From Flavobacteriales bacterium (GTDB taxonomy: Bacteria > Bacteroidota > Bacteroidia > Flavobacteriales_D > Sanyastnellaceae): DNA of 64,000 bases. The stretch is taken from the NCBI GenBank assembly GCA_019694805.1, contig JAIBBG010000001.1, forward strand, positions 387,412-451,411. The letters are read 5' to 3'. Shown here one piece after another: positions 58,474 to 64,000 of the stretch (the first letter of the stretch is position 1; every line of letters begins with the position of its first letter). The notes beneath the pieces were generated by a model, which was given only the letters and a program-made list of their open reading frames with translations, did not search any database and had not been told where the DNA came from. Position numbers and translations under genes: made by a program.

Positions 58474-58983
58474 TTAAAAACTTGCGGTATTGACGGCCGA
58501 GTTCAGCAGATTGATAAAAGTTGTCAGTTCCTGACCCAGATTTCCATCGAATGAACCATCAATGACCCAATGACCGTGTTTCGATTCCGTCCTGTATTCG
58601 AAATAATAATAGGTTGTATTCCATGATGGTGAAGTACCAACAAAACCATTGGGTTTACTGAGCAATGTTGCGGGAATATCACTTCTTAACATTTGCTCAA
58701 TGGATGTCTGGTCCTCCTTGGAGAGTTGAGTCGCATAATTGCCATCATAAACGTCGGATTGAGCGGGAGTTTGATCATTGACATCTTCCCTCAAAGTAGA
58801 AGCATCCAACCTGAAAATTTCAACACATGTTTCATTTCCGAAACAACCAGGAGTAATGAATCTACCGAAGACGATGTACTGAGGGAACTCTTGCTCCTGT
58901 GATGTGTCCTCATCCTTTTTACAAGATGGTGAGCATACAGCGATAGCAGAACACAGCATCAAATATCCCAATAGTCTTTTCAT
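58474..58983 (-). CDS. hypothetical lipoprotein co-transcribed with the di-haem peroxidase
   Basis: Lipobox region AIAVCSPSCKKDED, 169 aa, with a 5-nt gap to the upstream gene. I recognise no motif. Confidence 0.6.
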   Translation of the reverse strand: MKRLLGYLMLCSAIAVCSPSCKKDEDTSQEQEFPQYIVFGRFITPGCFGNETCVEIFRLDASTLREDVNDQTPAQSDVYDGNYATQLSKEDQTSIEQMLRSDIPATLLSKPNGFVGTSPSWNTTYYYFEYRTESKHGHWVIDGSFDGNLGQELTTFINLLNSAVNTASF

Positions 58984-58988
58984 CTTGT

Positions 58989-60149
58989 TTAATTCGAGGC
59001 TGCAACAAAAGGATCGGAAAACTTGACGTCTGAAGTGATGTTACCATCAGATAAAGATTTCAGGAAAGCGACAAGAGCATGCTTGTCATTATCCGAAAGA
59101 TTTAGTCTTAATGGCTGAACACCTGAGACTGAATCGCCACCTGCTAAAACATCACCTTCAAAAGGCCCGAAACCACCATTCCATCCTTCACGCAGCATGA
59201 AGGAGAGTTGTTCATGTGGTTGAATTCCTTCATTATAGAAATCAACGACTTCTTCCAATGTTGCGAATCTTCCGTCGTGCATGTATGGAGCTGTCAAAGC
59301 CACATTACGCAAAGAAGGCACTTTGAACCAACCATCACGTTGAGCTCCAGTCATCCAATCGGTACCAGGCTCACCATCATCCACGTAATCCATCTCCAGT
59401 CCAATATTTTGAGTCATACTTCCCCATCCAGAGAAGTTTTCACCGCCATGACAACTTCCACAAGGAAGATCATTGAAGAAAAGTGTTCTGCCACGTTCTT
59501 CTTCAGCAGTAAATGAAGTTTGACCCATAACCACTGCGTCATATTTGGTTTTCACAGAAGCCATAGATGCCACGAAGTTGGAAAGAGCATCACCAACGCG
59601 ATCCATAGTTATTTCAGATGAACCGTAGGCATTCTGAAACAGTGATTCGTAATAGGGCAGTTTTTTCAGTTTGGCCAAAATGTATTCTGGCTGATCCAGT
59701 CCCATTTCGATGTGATTTCCGATGGGCTGGGTAACCATGGCGGAAAGGTTGGCCTCGCGCATGTCCCAGAAGTACGAAGTTTGTGTACCTGCATTGATGA
59801 TAGCAGGAGTATTACGAATGGTCTTCGCATTTTCAAAACCATTACTTAGCTTGGCCACGTCTGCAAATGCAGCAGATTGTAAGTGGCAACTTCCACAACT
59901 TACACGGTTATTTCTTGAAAGTTGTGTTTCATAAAAGAGCACACGACCCAACGTTGATTTGTTATTGTCGATGACGAAGTTTCCTGCAGGATTGAATCCA
60001 TTCGAGCCTGTAGAGATTTCATCATATTTAAATACTTCATCGGGGAGCTGAGGGGTGCGGGCAACGGTAGCAGCCGATTCCTTTTTGCAAGAAATTATGC
60101 TAACTGTGGCGGCAAGTGAAGCAAGGATCAGGATATTTATTGTTTTCAT
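58989..60149 (-). CDS. di-haem cytochrome c peroxidase / MauG-family lipoprotein
   Basis: Lipobox VSIISCKKE, two CxxCH haem motifs (CGSCHLQ, CGSCHGG), and PSLRNVALTAPYMHDGRFATLEEVVDFYN. Confidence 0.9.
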   Translation of the reverse strand: MKTINILILASLAATVSIISCKKESAATVARTPQLPDEVFKYDEISTGSNGFNPAGNFVIDNNKSTLGRVLFYETQLSRNNRVSCGSCHLQSAAFADVAKLSNGFENAKTIRNTPAIINAGTQTSYFWDMREANLSAMVTQPIGNHIEMGLDQPEYILAKLKKLPYYESLFQNAYGSSEITMDRVGDALSNFVASMASVKTKYDAVVMGQTSFTAEEERGRTLFFNDLPCGSCHGGENFSGWGSMTQNIGLEMDYVDDGEPGTDWMTGAQRDGWFKVPSLRNVALTAPYMHDGRFATLEEVVDFYNEGIQPHEQLSFMLREGWNGGFGPFEGDVLAGGDSVSGVQPLRLNLSDNDKHALVAFLKSLSDGNITSDVKFSDPFVAASN

Positions 60150-60161
60150 GGTGAAAGAGAT

Positions 60162-60833
60162 TTAGAATCTAAAAATAAAAAAAAGGGCTGTGGGAGGATC
60201 AATGGTAAAATTGACTGACGATGACTTTTGACTTGTATCGAATTCAGGAAAAGCTGTATTGGTCACTTTCGTTACATCATTTCCAACAGTTACTACAGCC
60301 ATGACTTCGGTACCAAGACTGAAATGATCTGTTATATGCCATTGGGCAAAAATGAATGGAGCACCACCTGCGCGCCAGTTCTTGTTGGATGTTGTGCTGG
60401 TAATTTCCTGACCGAAAAGATCGCTCACGACTGTCCAGTTTTTAGTAGCGCTTTGAGAGAACACGCCGTCTACTCCATACTTCAAACTCCATCTTTTGGA
60501 TAAGTCTTTATAAAGAACAACACCCAAACGCAGATTCATGGTATTCGAAGTAGAATGTAAAGCCGGTTCGGTGGGCTTATCATTTACTGGGTTGGTTGTG
60601 TTTTTTGTAGCCGTAGCGCCGATGCCAAATCTGCCACCCATGCAGCCGAATCGATATTCGTAGGTGAGCATATAAGGACTAGCGACAAAATTGGTTCCTG
60701 CTCCGAGATTCAGATATTGATTGACAAATGGAGTAGCGTTTAGGCCGATTTCATGAAAAGTGGTGTCTTGTGCGATGGCTCCAACAGGAAACATGCACAA
60801 TGCGGCAAATACTCTGACAACAAATTTTTTCAT
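60162..60833 (-). CDS. small outer-membrane beta-barrel protein, hypothetical
   Basis: Signal peptide ending AIAQ, alternating-strand pattern, and a C-terminal ...LFFIFRF beta-signal. There is a 12-nt gap to the peroxidase gene. Confidence 0.6.
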   Translation of the reverse strand: MKKFVVRVFAALCMFPVGAIAQDTTFHEIGLNATPFVNQYLNLGAGTNFVASPYMLTYEYRFGCMGGRFGIGATATKNTTNPVNDKPTEPALHSTSNTMNLRLGVVLYKDLSKRWSLKYGVDGVFSQSATKNWTVVSDLFGQEITSTTSNKNWRAGGAPFIFAQWHITDHFSLGTEVMAVVTVGNDVTKVTNTAFPEFDTSQKSSSVNFTIDPPTALFFIFRF

Positions 60834-60948
60834 ATGAGTTGGCCTGGAAGGTTAACAAGTGGTAGACACAGCGAAAAGCAGGATTGTTGCCTTGTGTCGT
60901 AATAAAATCAAAAAAGTATCAGAAGTGCAAGAAGAATGTGATTAGGAA

Positions 60949-61248
60949 TCACTTGGAGCGCGTTGAAGAATCGTCATCACTCTCATCATCATCGTCATCA
61001 GAGATACCAGAATCGTCTGGATCGCCAGTTTGACCACTGGTGCTGCCCGCATCCGATGCAAGACCTTCTTCAGCGTCAGATCCACCACCCGGCTTACCAG
61101 GGATGTCGCCATCTTCAGAATCACTTGCTTTCTTCTCTTCGAAATACTGTGATTCACTTGCAGGCGCCAACAAGTCAGCGTCCTTTGTACAAGCAGTGAA
61201 CAAAGAGATGAGTGCAAAAATTCCGAGTATGTATCTCAACGATTTCAT
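60949..61248 (-). CDS. small poly-acidic low-complexity lipoprotein
   Basis: MKSLRYILGIFALISLFTAC lipobox, then a D/E/S/G-rich tail ending DDSGISDDDDDESDDDSSTRSK. Confidence 0.5.
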   Translation of the reverse strand: MKSLRYILGIFALISLFTACTKDADLLAPASESQYFEEKKASDSEDGDIPGKPGGGSDAEEGLASDAGSTSGQTGDPDDSGISDDDDDESDDDSSTRSK

Positions 61249-61305
61249 CAGTGTCTTAACGGGAAATACAACACAAATGTAATTAAGTTATTGGCTTATA
61301 CAACA

Positions 61306-64000
61306 TTATTGTGAAAAAAGTTCGCCAAAATCTACCGGCATTAATATCTCTACGCGGGTACCTGCGCTTTGCCCCTTTTCATCATAAAGTTGGTATGGGC
61401 CGCGGAGTTCAATGAGTTTTCCCGTGGTCTTTCTTATCAGTTCTATGCGGTTTTGGGTTATTTCCATGCCCTTAGAAATGTGGTTATCCGCGGTTGTTTT
61501 GTTTTTGAGTGAATTATCAATACCGATTCCGTTATCTGTAATAACAAACTCAAGAAATTCGTCTTTAACTAGGATATCCACGACCACTTCTCCTCCCTGA
61601 TCTCTCGGCAACAGTCCATGCCAGATGGAGTTTTCCAGGAAAGGCTGCACCAGCATCGCAGGAACCTTGATATGATCTTGTTGCAATGTCGGATCGATGT
61701 GGATTTCGTAGGTGAACTTGTCGCGGAAACGCATATGTTCCAATTTGAGATAGAGTTCAAGTCTCTCGATTTCATCTCGAAGAGTGGTAAGGTTATCCTG
61801 ACTGCTGTCGAGGTTTTTCCTGATCAATCTCGCAAAATCACTCAGGTATCGGTTCGCTGCAATCCGGTCCTGTCGATTGATGTAGTATTGAATTGAATTC
61901 AGTGCATTAAAAATAAAATGCCTGTTCATGCTGCTGTTCAGCGACTGTTGCTCCAGAGCCAACATTCTGGACCTTATTTCAAACCATTCTTTCTCGCGCT
62001 TGGCAATTCTGGCCTTACGCTGACTCAAGAGAATAGTTCCGAGGATGGATAATGCGAGCAATATTTCCAAAGTGATAAACCACCACCTGAGCCAAAATGG
62101 AGGTAAAATAGAGAAAGCATATTCGGTTACACCACCCCATTCCCCGCGACCCGTTCTCGATCTCACCCGAAAAATGAAATCACGATAGGGTAAATTGCTA
62201 TATGTAGCGAAATCCGCCGCTGTCGGGGCTTTCCAATCATCATCCAATCCAGCTAACATGTACTGATATTCCACACTCTCTGGATATGTGGTGGAGATTC
62301 CTGTGAAATAAAAAGTGATGTGATTTTGCTTATGATTGAATTCCGGGTGCCATGGCAAGCCGCTTACCGGTTCGAATTCGACTTTTTTATCCTTCCAATC
62401 GATTTTTTGGAGATTGACACGAATGTCTGTCAGATTCAATTGAGGAAGCACGGGAGCCGATGACTTTTGGAATGTTTTGAGATCCATTTTGGTGACTCCA
62501 TCGGTGCAGCCAAACCACAAATAACCAGCATTGTCGAAATATGCCGCATTGAGATTTGTTTCAAGGCTTCTCAAACCATCGTACAAGCCATATGAAAGAA
62601 AAGCAAGATCCTCTTGTCGCAACGAGCTTTCTGCACCAGCGCTGTAGAGACCGTTATTGGTCCCAATCCACATTCTTCCGGCGGCTGCGCGTAAGAAATT
62701 GATCACGTTAGAACCGGATCCAACATCTACCTGGCGGTGCACAAAGTTTTCGCCTTCCAACACAGCAAGTCCGTTTTGAGTGCCAACCCATATTCTATTC
62801 TGATCATCAATTTCTACACAGTTCGTAGAGTTTTCTGGTAACCCGTCTTTTTGTGAGTACAATTTGAAATGATGTCCATCGAAACGGTAAACACCGTCGA
62901 TCGCAGCAAACCATATATGGCCACCTTTATCCTGGCGAATGCATCTTACTTTTTTTTGTGGTGCATTTTCTGCAACCACGGGAACAAAAACGCCATTGTA
63001 ATACATAGTTACGCCTTTGTTTGTTCCTATCCAAATGTTTTGATTGCTGTCTTCAAAAATGGAAAGCACCATGGTGTGACTGAGTCCATCGGCTTCCGTA
63101 AAATGTTCGAATTTGTTGTTGTTGTATCTGAAAATCCCATCGGATGATCCAAACCACAACATGCCTTCATGATCGAGCATACTCGTCCAAATCCTATTGT
63201 TATCTGTCCATTCTCTTAAAGTGAACTGCACAATCGTATCACCGTTCAAAGTACAGATGCCTTTGTCGAAAGTTGAGAACCAGAAGTTGGCGTCTTTATC
63301 CCGAATAATTGACATCACTGCGTTGCTTGTCAAACCATCCTTCATGGTATAACTGCTAAATGTTCTTCCGGTAAATCGCAACAAACCTTGACCATAAGTG
63401 CCAATCCAGATATTGCCTTCATGGTCTTCCAAGATGTCTCTTACATCTGCAACATCGAGTCCATTGCGTTCAGAATACGCATCGAATCTCTCACCATCGA
63501 AAGAGAAGAATCCATATCGTGAAGTCATCCAAACTTTGTTTTGTTGATCAACCATGACCCCAGTGATCAGATTGGTGGTGAGATCCTGATGTTGGAGATA
63601 ATTTCCTTGGTAATGATTCTGATGATCTATTCTGATCAATCCCTCATTTTTTGAAGCCAGCCAAATGGTTCCATCGGCTCCTTCTGCCAGATCGAAAAAG
63701 GTAGTTTCAACGTCTTCCGGATCGTAGATCACTGTAGGTTGACGTTCTTTCAAGCTGTATAATTTTTCCTTCGTCAGAACCAACAATGTCTTATCCCTTT
63801 TTCTGTGGACTGCTTTGATGTGTGCTTTGGATAATTCATCCGGCAGTGAGAGATCTGTCCATTGTTGTTGTTGAATATCGTAAGCCAATAGACCATTTTC
63901 GAGCCCTACCCATAAAATTTGATCATCACAAAAAAGGGTGTTCACAGTAGATTCATGAAAGCCTTCTGGTAATTGAATGGAGCTTACACCACTGCCATTG
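61306..64000 (-). CDS. propeller/Y_Y_Y-type sensor with a LytS-like histidine kinase module; the N-terminus is beyond the right window edge
   Basis: The frame stays open from the track start GTG at 63945 to position 64000 (…NGSGVSSIQLPEGFHESTVNTLF…). Propeller blades repeat (G.IW.GT..GL), followed by the TM helix WWFITLEILLALSILGTILL, NRHFIFNALNSIQYYI and QPFLENSIWHG. Confidence 0.85.
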   Translation of the reverse strand, partial: NGSGVSSIQLPEGFHESTVNTLFCDDQILWVGLENGLLAYDIQQQQWTDLSLPDELSKAHIKAVHRKRDKTLLVLTKEKLYSLKERQPTVIYDPEDVETTFFDLAEGADGTIWLASKNEGLIRIDHQNHYQGNYLQHQDLTTNLITGVMVDQQNKVWMTSRYGFFSFDGERFDAYSERNGLDVADVRDILEDHEGNIWIGTYGQGLLRFTGRTFSSYTMKDGLTSNAVMSIIRDKDANFWFSTFDKGICTLNGDTIVQFTLREWTDNNRIWTSMLDHEGMLWFGSSDGIFRYNNNKFEHFTEADGLSHTMVLSIFEDSNQNIWIGTNKGVTMYYNGVFVPVVAENAPQKKVRCIRQDKGGHIWFAAIDGVYRFDGHHFKLYSQKDGLPENSTNCVEIDDQNRIWVGTQNGLAVLEGENFVHRQVDVGSGSNVINFLRAAAGRMWIGTNNGLYSAGAESSLRQEDLAFLSYGLYDGLRSLETNLNAAYFDNAGYLWFGCTDGVTKMDLKTFQKSSAPVLPQLNLTDIRVNLQKIDWKDKKVEFEPVSGLPWHPEFNHKQNHITFYFTGISTTYPESVEYQYMLAGLDDDWKAPTAADFATYSNLPYRDFIFRVRSRTGRGEWGGVTEYAFSILPPFWLRWWFITLEILLALSILGTILLSQRKARIAKREKEWFEIRSRMLALEQQSLNSSMNRHFIFNALNSIQYYINRQDRIAANRYLSDFARLIRKNLDSSQDNLTTLRDEIERLELYLKLEHMRFRDKFTYEIHIDPTLQQDHIKVPAMLVQPFLENSIWHGLLPRDQGGEVVVDILVKDEFLEFVITDNGIGIDNSLKNKTTADNHISKGMEITQNRIELIRKTTGKLIELRGPYQLYDEKGQSAGTRVEILMPVDFGELFSQ

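Overview
This looks like a chromosomal segment from a Bacteroidota genome, probably Flavobacteriales-like. The basis is T9SS type A and type B C-terminal sorting domains, A-rich SD-less start contexts, a split atpDC pair and the coaX-OMP-lptC-CNNM-ppiD gene order. I call about 46 protein genes and find no rRNA, tRNA, CRISPR array, transposase or integrase. Housekeeping genes are panD, rfaE2-like, recX, prfB (with its programmed +1 frameshift, split in two by the ORF track), fumC, priA, clpP, coaX, lptC-like, ppiD-like, lysS, atpD/atpC, queA and truB. Four very large or Cys-rich secreted repeat proteins sit among them. One is an edge-truncated PKD array at 1-2914 that the ORF track misses. The others are a ~1950-aa HYR-like array with a 711-nt super-repeat, a 1393-aa type B CTD mosaic protein and a 488-aa Cys-rich PKD protein. 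There are also four two-component systems: propeller-HK/NarL, LytS-like/LytTR next to a TonB-dependent receptor, HisKA/OmpR, and an edge-truncated propeller/LytS-type HK. I do not see a recognisable defence or mobile system. The most second-look-worthy items are: a PlsC acyltransferase fused to a degenerate, C-terminally truncated ANL domain beside a membrane desaturase; an OMP / di-haem peroxidase / small lipoprotein operon with a poly-acidic lipoprotein; a 424-bp intergenic region (54917-55340) with an orphan terminator, hairpin and phased direct repeats; a ~220-bp inverted-repeat element between the desaturase gene and truB; and a heptanucleotide tandem repeat in front of the Cys-rich PKD gene. 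All functional calls rest on motifs read by eye, and no database search was possible.
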